NCBI GenBank assembly: GCA_051294375.1
Contig: CM119265.1
Coordinates: 23,180,776 to 23,244,775 of the forward strand
DNA from: Paraspadella gotoi
Lineage: Eukaryota; Animalia; Chaetognatha
DNA: 64,000 nt
Direction: 5' to 3'
Shown: in pieces, positions 1 to 13,745 of the stretch
Layout of the letters: each line of letters opens with the position of its first letter
Numbering within the stretch: position 1 is the first letter of the stretch
Position numbers and translations under genes: made by a program
The notes under the pieces: generated by a model
The model's input: the letters and a program-made list of their open reading frames with translations, nothing else
Database searches by the model: none
What the model was told of the DNA's origin: nothing

Positions 1-414
1 AATCATTAGAATGGGTCAAAAATAAATTACATATAACGACTTTCCATTAGTAGACAAAGTTATCCAATTAAAAATCTTTCTTATTTCAAATTCAATTCTC
101 ATCAATATGTTTTTGTCTTTTTAAAAAGTTTAGTTAGTGATAAAATTAATTTTCATCGATGTGTATATTTAGCGTTATAGTTATTTAAACTCCATTTNNN
201 NNNNNNNAAGGAGATTTGCGTTTCCCCTTTGCAATGCAATAAGTAATAATGCAATAATACATAAGTAGAATTAATGATTTCATTCCCATCCTTCCGCGGG
301 CGAAGCAGCCGCTCAACACTCTGGCCCTGCACTTGATCTTTCTTATGCGCGTTTCGGGCCTGGCTGAAAGCTCTAGGTCTTTTCCAGTNNNNNNNNNNNN
401 NNNNNNNNNNNNNA

Positions 415-1421
415 TTTAGGGCAATCTTAAATAATATTCTCTTGGGGAACAAGAGAAAGAAACAAAGTCAACCAAAAAGTGAAAAGGTACCAACATCCTT
501 CACAGAGGCACTGAACAGCAGCTGAGTGGGTTTTTTCATGCAGTTCAAAATCTAATTCGCTCCATGTTGTTTAACAATGTTTTCCATGCATGTTTAGCGA
601 ACCCAAAATACTATCAGAAATTAACTACAACTTAACACAACTTGCTGAAAAAAAAGAAAATAATACAAGTGTGTTAATAATACAACCTGAAACTATAGAA
701 ATTCTGACAGAGAAATATAGAAAGTGTTGAAAAAATGGAAAGTTGTTTAAATGAAACTCATGAAACAATAGAATATTTTGAGAATCTCGAAGATTGGGAA
801 AGAATCGAAGTTGGTTAACCCCTGGAAAATGCTTTGGAACTTGACTTTCAAGCCAACATTGAAGAAATAAATGAAGAGGAGATTAGATTTTTTCGTTGGT
901 AATACATCATAAACTGTACCCGTTGAACGAGTCATTAAAAACAATTGATCAAAAGAAACAACAGCTTGCTGAACTCAGAGACAAAGTATGCTTTGCTGTT
1001 TATCTCTTGAATGGACTGTAGGATTGCTGGCATTAGCAGTTGTACAAGGAAGCGCGGTGGCCAAGTATTGTTTTTGCCGGTTCCCGCCAATTATTCCGGA
1101 TTTCACGGAGGCATAGAATTTGATTTCATAAACCTTGGTCATGCTGATTTTATATGGGTCACTAGTAATCATTCAGTTTTTGTTCAATGTTGCACATGCG
1201 ATGGCTGGCTTTGAAAAGAATTGGGTTTTTATAACGAACACTTACGAATGGTCACAATCTTAAAAGCGCTAAAAAACTCTGATAATACACAATTGGGAAA
1301 AACAAAATTTCAAGTTCAATACTTGAGTGACCCTCCCATTCCACACCTTACACGATTCATCCTATAAGTCAGAACTTAAGTATAAAACCGATCATTGATA
1401 TGCCCGAATAACCCTAATTAG
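415..1421 (+). pseudogene. Chitin synthase 3' portion, copy A (frameshifted; probably a redundant noisy-read copy of 9534-12805)
   Basis: Starts right after an N gap. SWGTRE codons (tcttggggaacaagag) near 447, followed by ELRDKVCFAVYLLNGL-like and IIQF-like segments. Colinear with 11810-12805 but with scattered 1-nt indels. Confidence 0.75.
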
Positions 1422-2320
1422 ATAAATTTTCTTTTTATTAATTTTTTTAAAAGTTGCTATTCGATGGGAGGATTAGTAATGCCTCTAACTGTTTTATAAG
1501 TCAGACTTTTTTTGTTCTGACTGATCTCCATTAATTTTAGAAAATTATTTTTGAAATGCTGTTGTACTGTCCTTCTAGCATCATTGGTGTAATTAAATAA
1601 ATATAAATTAAATAAATTTTCTTATTAAATAATTTGTACTATGTTATGATAGTTTTTGGTGAGATGAGCTTTGCATGGAGTTATAATAAATTTTTGTTAA
1701 AAATCCAAACCATAAAGGTGCCCAAATTTTGATATTTCAACACAATGAATCGAGAAAAAAGTGGAATAGAGTATGAAAAGAAATTGATGAAAATTTCACT
1801 AGTATAAGAAAGGAAATGGAAGATGGACAGAAAATGAAAATATGAAATGGAATTATAAGTGCGAGACTTCCAACAAAAGAATAAGAATACAAATAAGAAT
1901 GCAAGAAAATAAAAAGACAACAATATTATATGTTAGCCGAGAATAAAATATACAACAATTAATAAGAAGAGTTTTATTATTCCAAATGTGTTCATGGATG
2001 TGCCAAGATATATTTCAGGAGAGATGTTAAAAGCGAGAAAAAGTCGTGAGGCCGACAACAGTCCCGTTTAATAAGGAAGATTTGCGTTCCCCTTTGCAAA
2101 TGCAATAAGTAATAATGCAATAATACATAAGTAGAATTAATGATTTCATTCCCCCATCATTGCCGCGGGCGAAGCAGCCGCTCAACACTCTGGCCCTGCC
2201 ACTTGATCTTTCTTATGCGCGTTTCGGGCCTGGCTGAAAAGCTCTAGTTCTTTTCCAAGTTCGTGGATCAGGGGACAGACAAACAGCAACTTCTCTCTCT
2301 CTCTCTCTCTCTCTCTAACT

Positions 2321-2373
<53 letters not shown>

Positions 2374-3861
2374 GTTCTGCTTCGGACGACCAAAAACAAT
2401 GTTTCGTCGTCTTCACATTAAAATGTGAAATGAAGAATTCGTTTCGAATCGCTTGACTCCCCCAACAGATTCACATCTTGGTCCCATAATCATTGGCGTC
2501 AAAATCCGACATGGCGGTTGAAGGGATCAAGCTGACCTAGCTGCACATTAGCGCAAAAACTTTGTTTCTGTTGAGTATTTGACAACGGCAAGTTTTTACT
2601 GTATTTTTTTTAGGCGAAGGTAAATCATTAGAATGGGTCAAAAATAAATTACATATTACGACTTTCCTTTAGTAGACAAAATTATCCAATTAAAAATATT
2701 TCTTATTTCAAATTCAATACTAATCAATATGCTTTTTTCTTTTTAAAAAGTTTAGTTAGTGATAAAATTATTTTTTATCGATGTGTAATACATTTAACCC
2801 AGTTTTAACTAAAAAAAAAAAAATAATTCGATTCTCTATTCCCCATGTTAAATCGATTATTCTTTCAATCACGCAATCTATCTCAATCTATTATCCAGTA
2901 AATAATTTTAATATTTCACCCAGTCAATAAAGCGATATCATTCCATCGACCGATCATAAAATCAATCCATCAGTCAAACAATCCTGTTCTTCCAACTTAT
3001 GTAAAAAAAAGGAGTCGAGCCACAGTTCTCGCTGTCAAAAAACCTGCCCAAAAATTGCCCGCTGAGTCGATACATCGGAAACAACGACTTTCAACTCATT
3101 TTTTTCCTGGATTTTTTTTTTAATCTTTCTATCATTTTGTTTTGGTCGGTTGTATTTGGTTTTTATATGGAAATGAAAATGGGAATGTTGCTAATCACAG
3201 ACTATAATTGTAGTTTGTCATTGCATAAGTTTGTTGGCTGAAATACCATCAGCTCATGACCATTAGGTACCGGTGATGAGCGGGGTTTTCCGTCTCTTGC
3301 TCACCCTTCTGAGAGTATCTATAACGCATGTAGGATCGAGTCTTTCAGGGTCAAATAAAGAGTCTATGTCCAACACCGGGGTCAAGTAAGTCCACTTAGC
3401 GCCTTAAGCACATAATTATGTATGTTAATAAAGTTATATAAATTAAAAGGTTTACAATAATTTATTATTACAGCTTTCTACCTCGTTAAGGCTCACTTTT
3501 GTTTCTATTTTTATCTTTCTTTTTTTTCTTTTTTTATTTACGTCTCAATGGTTTCGTCGATTTATCTCGCAATTCCTTTTGCGTTCGTCGTTGAGAAAGC
3601 TGGATTGATAGACGTGAGAGGATGAAAGAAAGAGGGGGACAGAGACGGAGAGAGAGAGTGGGAGAGCGATCTTTAACAGCTTCACTATATTTGTCAGTCT
3701 TCCTCTTAATTTATATCTTACTTTTATTTACTTTTTACCGGAAGTGAAATTAATTGAACAAAATCTTAAAAAGTATAGTATATATAAGAAAAGCGTGACG
3801 ACGACGACGACGACGGCGCAAAGAAGCAATACAAAANNNNNNNNNNNNNNNNNNNNNNNNN

Positions 3862-4881
3862 ATTTAGGGCAATCTTAAATATATTCTCTTGGGGAACAAG
3901 AGAAAGAAACATAAGTCAACCAAAAGTGAAAAGGTACCCAACATGCCTTCCACAGAGAGCACATGAACAGCAGCTGAGTGGGTTTTTTCATGCAGTTCAA
4001 AATCTAATTCGCTCATGTTGTTTAAAATGTTTTCCATGCCATGATTTTAGCGAACCCAAAATACTATCAGAAATTAACTTGAAGCAACTTAACACAACTT
4101 GCGAAAAGGACAAAAAGAAATAATCAAGTGGTGTTAAATAATCAAAACCCTGAAACTATAGGAAGACATTTGACAGAGAATAATATGAAAGTGTTGAAAA
4201 AATGGAAAGTTGTTTAAATGAAACTCATGAAACAATAGATATTTTGAGAATCTCGGAAGAATTGGGAAAGAATCGAAGTTGGTAACCCTGGAAAATGCTT
4301 TGGAGCTTGACTTTCAAGCCAACATTGAAGAAATAAATGAAGGAGGAGATTAAGATTTTTTCGTTGGTTAATACCATAAAACTGTACCCAGTTGAACGAG
4401 TCCATAAAAACAATGGATCAAAAGAAACAACCAGCTTGCTGAAGCTCAGAGACAAAGTATGCTTTGCTGTTTATGCTCTGAATGGACTGTGGATGCTGGC
4501 ATTAGCAGTTGTACAAAGGAACGCGTGGCCAAGTATTGTTTGCCGCGTTCCGCCAATTATGTCCGGATTTCAACGGAGGCATAGAATTTGATTTCATAAA
4601 CCTTGGTCATCGCTGATTATATGGTCATAGTTCATTCAGTTTGTCAATGTTGCACATGCGATGGCTGGCTTTGAAAAGAATTGCGTTTTTATAACGAACA
4701 CTCTTACGAATGGTCAAACTCTAAAAGCGGCTAAAAATCTGAATAATACACAATTGGAAAAACATAAATTTCAAAGTTCAATACTTGAGTGACCCTCCCA
4801 TTCCACACTTACCGATTCATCCTATTAGTCAGAACTTAAGTATAAAACCGATCATTGATGATGCCGAAATAACCCTAATTA
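3862..4881 (+). pseudogene. Chitin synthase 3' portion, copy B (frameshifted; probably redundant copy or alternative haplotype)
   Basis: Begins after an N gap at the same point as copy A (atttagggcaatcttaaat). ORF 4337-4591 reads KLRDKVCFAVYALNGLWMLALAVVQ. Indels differ from those in copies A and C. Confidence 0.75.
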
Positions 4882-5789
4882 GATATAATTTTCTTTTTAT
4901 TAATTTTTTTAAAAAGTTGCTAATTCTGATGGGAGGATTAGTAATGGCCTCTAACTGTTTTATTAAGTCCAGACTTTTTTTGTTCTGACTGATCCTCCAT
5001 TAATTTTAGAAAATTATTTTTGAAATGCTGTTGTTACTGTCCTCCTAGCATCATATTGGTGGTAATTAAATAAAATAAATTTAAATAAATTTTCTTATTA
5101 AAATAATTTGTACTATGTTATGATAGTTTTTGGTGAGATGACGCTTTGCATGGAGTTATAATAAATTTTTGTTAAAAATCCAAACCCATAAAGGTGCCCA
5201 AATTTTGATATTTCAACACAATGAATGCGAGAAAAAAGTTGGATAGATATGAAAAGAAATGATGAAAATTTCACTAGTATAAGAAAGGAAATGGAAGATG
5301 GACAGAAGAATGAAAATTATGAAATGGAAATTAATAAGTGGCGAACATTCCAACAAAAGAATGAAGTAAATAGCAAATAAGAAATGCAAGAAAATAAAAA
5401 AAGACAACAATATTATATGGTTAGCTGAGAATAAATAAATAACAACAATTATAAAGAAGAGTTTTATTATTCCAATGTAGTCATGGATGTGCCAAGATAT
5501 ATTTCAGGAGAAGATGTTAAAAGCGAGGAAAACAGTCGTGAGGCCCGACAACAGTCCCCGTGTTAATAAGGGAAGATTTGCGTTCCCCTTTGCAAATGCA
5601 ATAAGTATAAATGCAATAATACATAAGTAGAATTAATGATTTCATTCCCCATACATTCCGCGGGCGGAAGCAAGCCGCTTCAAACTCTGGCCCTGCCACT
5701 ATGATCTTTCTTAATGCGCGTTTCGGGCCTGGCTGAAAAGCTCTAGGTTCTTTTGTCCAAGTTCGGTGGATCAGGGGACAGACAAACAG

Positions 5790-5829
<40 letters not shown>

Positions 5830-7892
5830 ATCTCTCTCTCTCCTCTCTCTCTCTCTCCTCTCGCTCTCTCTCTCTCTCTCGTTCTGCTTCTTGGACGACC
5901 AAAAACAAGTTTCTTCGCTTCCACATTAGAAAAATGTAAAATGAAGAGATTCGTTCCGAATCGTTGACTCCACCCAACAGATTCACATCTGGTCATAATC
6001 ATTGGCGTCAAAATCGACATTGGCGGTGAAGGGATCAAGCTGACCTTGCTGCACATTTAGCGCAAAAACTGTTTTGTGAGTATTTGACAACGGCAAGTTT
6101 TTACTGTATTTTTTTTAAGTGCGAGAAGGGTAAATCATTAGAATGGGTCAAAAATTAAATTAAAACATATTAACGATTTCCTATAGTAGACCAAAATTAT
6201 CCAATTAGCAAATATTTTCTTATTTCAAATTCAATACAATCAATATGCTTTTTCTTTTTAAAAAGTTTACGTTAGTGGATAAATTATTTTTATCGATGTG
6301 TAATAGCATTTAACCTAGTTACAAGCTGCACGAAAAAAGTCAGAGTTTTTAATATATTCTGATCTAATCCATTGTTATCTGATTACGTTTCAATCAGCAT
6401 ATCCATCTATTATAGTAAAATATTTAATCAAAATCTTCGAATCCACCCTAGTCTTGGGGCTCCCAGTATAAAGTATTTTTCCCGACTCTGACTCCGGAAA
6501 ATCTAAATTCATCGTAGTCTACTTACTTAAATAAATTCCAACTAGTCCTTCCTTGTACCAATGACTATCTTTCAAATAACATAACCAAAATGTGAAGAAA
6601 AAATTTTGGAGTCGAACTTGCTAGGTCCTGAATTAGTTTTGAGACAATCTTAAATGCGTTGACTTTGTAAATCCTTTTATATGCTCAATTCGAGTGCAGT
6701 ATAACTAGTTTGATTAAATGATGTTAGGTCCAAAAATGCACCTGAGAGTAAAGTCTGGCGAGGTCCTGTTCCTGAATTTTTGGGCGTCTTGGTATAGTTT
6801 AAAAATCATTATAATCCTCGATTCGAAACAACCTTAGGTACTAAAAAATTTCATTCTTATTCTCATGTTAAATCGTTATTCTTCATGCATCAATTCCAGT
6901 ATTTTTTATTTTACCAAATAACATATTTCCATGAGCCCATCATTATCATCGTAAAATCTTTCTCACTAGTAAAAGATCGGCCAGTCCGTGTCCTGCATTT
7001 GCCCAGATCATGGCTACTTTTCTTGGATTTTTTTAATTATATGGTTTTCGTTATTTTAATGAAATGAAATGGAAATGTTGCTAATCACAGACTATAATTG
7101 TAGTTTGTCATTGGCATAAGTTTGTTGGCTGAAATACCATCCAGCCCTTCATGACCATTAGGTACGGTGATGGCGGGGTTTTTCCGTCCTTCTTGCTCAC
7201 CCTTCGAGAGTAATCTATAAACGCATGTAGGGATCGAGTCTTTCAGGGTCAAATAAAAGAGTCTATGCCAACACCGGGGTCAAGTAAGTCCACTTAGCGC
7301 CTTAAAGCACATAATTATGTTATGTTAATAAAGTTATATAAATTAAAAAGGTTTACAATAATTTATTATTACATGCTTCTACCTCCGTTAAGGCCTCACT
7401 TTTGTTTCTATTTTTATCTTCTGCTTTTTTTATTCTTTTTTTATTTACGTCTCACAATGGTTGTCGTCGATTTATCTCGCCAATTCCTTTTGCGTTCGTC
7501 GTTGAGAAAAGCTGGATGATTAGACGTTGAGAGAATCGAAAGAAAGAGGGGACAGAGACGGAGAGAGAGTGAGCGAACTGGAGAGCGATCCTTTAACAGC
7601 TTCAACTATATTTGTCAGTCTTCTCTAATTTATATCTTTACTTTTATTTACTTTTTACCGGAAGTGAAATAATTGAACAAAATCTTAAAAAGTATAGATA
7701 TAATAGAAAAGCGTGACGACGACGACGACCGCGGACGGCGCCAAAGAAGCAATACAAAACGATTATTTACGCCTAAGCCCGTCTGGCAAAATTAAACCTT
7801 GCAAACTTAATGCGAACAATCAATGGGGGAAAAACGTTCACTTCTTTTTTTTTTTTTTTTTTTTGGTCTCGTCTTTCTTTCTCTCCTTCTTA

Positions 7893-7935
<43 letters not shown>

Positions 7936-8433
7936 CGTCTCTCTCCTCTCTTCTCTCTCTCTCTCTTCTCTCTCTCTCTTTTCTTCTCTTCGCGCCTTTT
8001 CTTCCTACCGCGAAAAAAACTGACGCGAAAATTACGGAGCGCCAATCTTTCTCACATCTTTCTCTCTCTCTCTCTCTCGTTTTCCACTATGCAATTTTTT
8101 TATGTATTTCTTGCGAATTTCTTTTGTCGTCCTCGAGATTCGAATTTTTTCGATTCTGACTAAATTCCGCTTCGTTATCTATGGAAACAAACACACGAAA
8201 ATATAGACAAATAATAGAAACATAATACATAAAAGAAACATAACAATAAAAATATTGAGAATCAATATTCATCTTTTTCAAATTTTTTTTCAAAATTTCT
8301 TCGATACAGAATCGAAGTCAGTTTGGATTAGCGCCAGTGAAACAAAAATAACAACAACTACGACAATAATCACCACAACAATTAGATAGTTTCAAGAACT
8401 TTTAAAATTTATTTTTATACAAAAGAAAAATTC

Positions 8434-8717
8434 AAACAAGTTTGAGGAAACAATGTCGGATCTGCCCACGATAATTTAACTAATCAGATTTCTGTCTTTC
8501 TCTCTTTAAAATTAAATGAAAAGTACTATCCACACACAAAATTTCATTTCAATCTATCCATCTAATTATGATTTATTGGTGAGAAAAAGCAAAGTGTTTT
8601 GGAAATTGTTACAACGATTTTTATTTACGAGACGGACATTCTTCGGCTTGTTGATTTCAAGCCTTCATCAGCATTTAACTTTCAGTAAAAAATTTTGTGC
8701 AAAAGAAGAGTGTGAGA

Positions 8718-8756
<39 letters not shown>

Positions 8757-9442
8757 GGTAAAAGTTTTCCAACAAAGTGGTGAGATGTGAGGACAGGTTG
8801 AGGGTGAAGACAGATTGAGTGAGTTGTGAAAAGAAGTGAAACTTGTTAGAGAGAGAGAGAGAGAATAAATAAATAATAAAGATACGTTTTTGCAATGTAC
8901 AACAAAGATAAAAGAGTTTGAAAAACTAATATTGGTGAAATTTAACCTTTAACTAGTGAATAAATAAGCAATTAGCTAAGAGATTGTTAAGTGAAATTTG
9001 AAATGTGAGAGAAAGTAGTTTATAGTTTTAGGTGATAATTAAGAGACTAAGAAAATGAAATCCAAGGAAAAAGAAAGAGCTCAAAATGAGCTGGCCCCTC
9101 TTTTTTTATTGGTTAAAATTTGTAAAAATATTTAAGTAAATGTGACTTATGTTTTTTCCATTTAAACCCATTTCCACTCGCGCGATTCCATCGAAACTTT
9201 TTATCTAGCTCTATCACACACGTTTCTATCCACACATAAAATTTGAATTTTTCCAATCCATCTATCCAATCAAGAGTAATTGGAGTTTTTTGCTAAGGGG
9301 GAATGGACAGTCGGACCGATTGAAAAACGGACGGACGGACTGACATCAGTTTTTTTGCATAATTTATCATAATTCAATGTTCTTACATGATCTAAGTGAA
9401 TTATAAAGTCGGGATCTGATGATAAGCAGATCCGACTAAAAA
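8434..9442 (-). mobile_element. Second representation of the same HINE (inside duplicated unit B)
   Basis: Near-identical to 15961-16968, including the hairpin at 9408-9437 and the subTIR at ~8455. Confidence 0.7.
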
Positions 9443-9533
9443 CCTTCATTGTATTCCGTACCTTTGCACTCACTAATTTTTCTTTTCTCTCTCTCTCTCT
9501 CTCTCTCTNNNNNNNNNNNNNNNNNNNNNNNNN

Positions 9534-12500
9534 CAAATTTCGGCCCAAAAAACTCACAAGAAATCGCTATCAAGTTGTCTGAATATCTTGTCTATATCTA
9601 AGGAGATAATTATTCAAAATACTAGAAACTATAACCTAATTTTCAGTTCCATAATCAAAATTATATTTATCTTTTTATTTTTTAGTATCAATGAAACAGT
9701 CAAGAGAACTCAAATTTTCTCTACCAAGGTGACTACTTTATGAATAGTGGTATTTATTTTATTTCATTTGACAACAACTAACTTTAAAAATTGTATCTTC
9801 TAATCAAGCTACCTTTACGTGTGGGCCGCAATACTGGTCGTCTTTTTTATGCAGTTTTAGTTATTCAAACATGTCAATGAATCTCCATTTCACTTGTTCA
9901 TTGTCCTTGATAATTTCTACACCCCATAACTTTACTTTTTTCTACTTTTTTTAAAGCAGACATCCACCTCAATGGGTGAAATAAGGTTTTAACCTTAGTA
10001 ATATCGATTTAATTAAAAATCATCTCGTATTTTTTAATATCCTTTTGGTTTACAAATTTTATTATGTAGCAAATCTTTATTCACTCTTTTAAAAAGATTT
10101 TCAGAAAGTGAACGCATTTTTCGTTTTCCAAAGCTTTGCATATATTCTGAAACAATTGAGCAATTTTTGTTGTTTACAAAGAGGAAGGAACTTATATTTT
10201 ACGACAGAGCTTTAGCTCAAGAAGGAGTTTAAGTCAAAGTTTTAACCCTTTAGCAATAAAAAAGCAATCATTTTCTGTTGCGCAACAAATGTGGCACGAA
10301 AATGCTGAAGAAATGAAGAGTCTAGTCTTATCTTTGTTGAGATTAGATGAAGAAAAAATGTTTCTGTTAACTAACCAATTCCAGAATGATTTGTATGACA
10401 TTGAGTGCCATATATTTTTTGATGACGCTTTTTAAAACAACAATAAAAAACACAAAAAATTGTTTGTTCCAAATCAAATATGTAGAAACGCTAATATCTG
10501 TAGTAGCAAGTATTAAAAAATGGCACAAAAAGAAATGAAAAAGTCCCTGCAAATTAAAACACCATATGGAGCTAAGATTCGTTGGAAAATGCCAAAATGG
10601 AACAGATTCTTCATGTCCATTTAAAAGACCGAGAATTAATTCGGCATAGAAAACGATGGAGTCAATTATGTACATTCAATATCTCCTGACTTATAGAATC
10701 CAAGAAATGATACAAGGATATGAGTGAAAAAGTTTATAAAAATGTTTTGAAAAATGTATATATACTTTCTCTTGATGGAGATGTCGATTTTTCAACCTGA
10801 AGCTGTCCGTCATTTGTTACTTCACTATGATGACTAACAAAAAAATTGGATCAGTCTGTGGTGTTATCAAGCCTCTGGGAAGTGGTTTGCTTTATTGGTA
10901 TCAACGCTTTGAGTATGCTGTAGCTCATTGTTGCAAAAGAGTGCAGAACATTCTCTTGGATCCTTTTTATGCTTCCAGGGTGTTTTTCTTTGTTCAGAGC
11001 ATCTGCTCTTGCTGATGAATAATGTCGCAGAGACATATTCTAGCTTGCAGAAAAACCTGAGCAAAGGATTCAATATGATCAGGGAAGGACAGGTGGCTTT
11101 GTACCCTTTTAATTCAAAGAGGTATACCGTTGCTTACAATTCTAATCTATATCATATACAAATGCTCCAGAAAATTTTCATGAATTTTACAACCAAAGAC
11201 GTCGATTGGGGACCATCCACATGCAACGTAATTGACCTATTATCATCAGCTTCAAACAACAGTAACTGGAAGAATGATAACATATCGTGGTTTTATATTA
11301 TATACCAAGCTTTCTTCTAATAATCTCTCTCAGCGGTCCGGCTACTCTTCTTAGTCCTGACTGAGAATTTTACGTTTCGTTGTTCAAAAAGTTAATGAGA
11401 AAAGTAGTTTCATAGCAAAACGCCGAAACTTAATATTTTGAATAAAAATGAATTCTAAAAAAATAGATACTGCTGAAATAGTTACTTTAGCTATTGTGAT
11501 CACCGCAACTGGTGTATATGTCATGCTATGGCAAATTTTTGCCATCAAGAATACAGATCAATGTTGCATTTTGTCTTTTTTACAATAATATCAGCATTTG
11601 TTATGCTAATGTTTTTATTGGAATTCTTATTACTATTCGCAAAGAAAAAATATTTGCAAGTCTTTCAGACCCTTATAATCTATACTTTTTTTCGGGTATT
11701 TTGTTTATATCAGCAATTCTTCACTTAGCAAATATTTGATTTTTTTCTTGTGGATTAATATACGTCCTTCTCATCCTAGTATGGTATCTCTTTTTTAGCA
11801 ATCCTATGCGATTTAGCAATCTAATAATATTCTTGGGGAACAAGAGAAGAAACAAAGTCAACCAAAAAGTGAAAAGGTACCAACATCCTTCACAGAGGCA
11901 CTTGAACAGCAGCTGAGTGGGTTTTTTCATGCAGTTCAAAATCTAATTCGCTCATGTTGTTTAACATGTTTTCCATGCATGTTTAGCGAACCCAAAATAC
12001 TATCAGAAATTAACTACAACTTAACACAACTTGCTGAAAAACAAAAAGAAAATAATACAAGTGTGTTAATAATTCAACCTGAAACTATAGAAAATTTTGA
12101 CAGAGAAATAATAGAAAGTGTTGAAAAAAATGAAGTTGTTTAAATGAAACTCATGAAAAAAAATAGAAGATTTTGAGAATCTCGGAAGATTGGAAGATCG
12201 AATTTGGTTCACCCTGGAAAATGCTTTGGAACTTGACTTTCAAGCCAACATTGAAGAAATGAATGAAGAGGAGATTAAGATTTTCGTTGTTAATACATCA
12301 TAAACTGTACCCGTTGAACGAGTCATTAAAAACAATTGATCAAAAGAAACAACAGCTTGCTGAACTCAGAGACAAAGTATGCTTTGCTGTTTATCTCTTG
12401 AATGGACTGTGGATGCTGGCATTAGCAGTTGTACAAGGAAGCGCGGTGGCCAAGTATTGTTTGCCGGTTCCTGCCAATTATGTCGGATTTCACGGAGGCC

Positions 12501-12805
12501 ATAGAATTGATTTCATAAACCTTTGTCATGCTGATTTTTATGGGTCAACTAGTAATCATTCAGTTTTTGTCAATGTTGCACATGCGATGGCTGGCTTTGA
12601 AAGAATTGGGTTTTTATAACGAACACTTACGAATGGTCAAACATCTTAAAAGCGCTAAAAAAATCTGAATAATACACAATTGGGAAACAAAAATTTCAAG
12701 ATCAATACTTGAGTGACCTCCCCATTCCACACCTTACAATTCATCCTATTAGTCAGAACTTAAGTATAAAACCGAATTATGATATGCCCGAATAACCCTA
12801 ATTAG
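9534..12805 (+). CDS. CHS: Animal-type chitin synthase (GT2), apparently intronless, 5' end lost in gap, reading frame broken by many indels
   Basis: Motifs read across frames: IFCCATMWHE (~10270), IFFDDAF, KTPYG..HLKDRELIRHRKRWSQ (~10555-10670), LDGDVDF (10771), GSGLLYWYQRFEYAVAH, PGCFSLFRASAL, QYDQGEDRWLCTLLIQRG (11071), FYNQRRRWGPST (~11185-11220), TM segments, SWGTRE (11831-11848), coiled-coil LAELRDK and C-terminal TM IIQF.SML..RW. Ends approximate. Confidence 0.93.
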
Positions 12806-13712
12806 ATAAAAAAAAAAATTTAAAAGTTGCTAATCGATGGAGGATTAGTAATTCCTCTAACTGTTTTATTAAGTCAGACTTTTTTGTTCTGACTGATCTC
12901 AATTAATTTTAAGAAAATTATTTTTGAAATGCTGTTGTACTGTCTTTCCTCGTATCATATTGGTGTAATTAAATAAATAATAATTTTAAAAAAATTTTCT
13001 ATTGATAATTTGTACTGTGTTATGATAGTTTTTGGTGAGATGAGCTTTGCATGGAATCATAATAAATATTTGTTAAAAATCCAAGACCCATAAAGGTGCC
13101 CAAATTTTGATATTTCAACACAATGCAAGCGAAGAAAAAAGTGGAATAGATATGAAAAGAAATTGATGAAAATTTCACTAGTATAAGTAAGAAATGGAAG
13201 ATGGCAGAAATGAAAATTTATGAAAGGAAATTATAAGTGCGACGATTCCAACGAAAAGAAATAAAGAAATACAAATAAGAAATGCAAGAAAATAAAAAAG
13301 AACACAATATTATAGTGTTCGCGAGAATAAAATATCAACAATTATAAAGAGGAGTTTTATTATCCATAAAATTAATATAATATTTGTACCCAATGTATCA
13401 TGGATCTGTCAAGATTATATTTCAGGAGAGATGTTAAAAGCGAGGAAAAAGTAGTTACGCCCGACAACAGTCCCGGTTAATAAGGAGATTTGCGTTTTCC
13501 CTTTGCAATGCAATAAGTAAAATAATGCAATAATACATAAGTAGAATTAATGATTTCATTCCCATCCTTCCGCGGCGGAAGCAAGCCGCTCAAACACTCT
13601 GGCCTGCCACTCGATCTTTCTTATGCGCGTTTCGGGCCTGGCTGAAACCTCTAGGTCTTTTCCAGTTCGTGGATCAGGGACAGACAAACAGCAACTCTGC
13701 TCTCTCTCTTCT

Positions 13713-13745
<33 letters not shown>

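Larger units (their letters stand above)
1..9508. repeat. Segmental re-copies of 11810-17060 (units 415-3836 and 3862-9508, plus fragments 1-197 and 208-387), each bounded by N gaps
   Basis: Same order of landmarks in each unit (CHS 3' end, (CT)n, aatcattagaatgggtc, ccatcagctcatgacc, (GAC)n; the HINE in unit B). Differences are mostly homopolymer indels, plus an alternative block at ~6320-7060. Confidence 0.9.

Noticed and set aside
3270-3315. C/D box snoRNA (GTGATGA ... CTGA)
   Set aside because: Boxes are only ~30 nt apart, are not conserved in the 7.1-kb copy, and lie within an interspersed repeat.
7713-8163. LSLSLS / RERERE / QQQ / DDD ORFs throughout the window
   Set aside because: Translations of (CT)n, (GA)n, (CAA)n and (GAC)n microsatellites.
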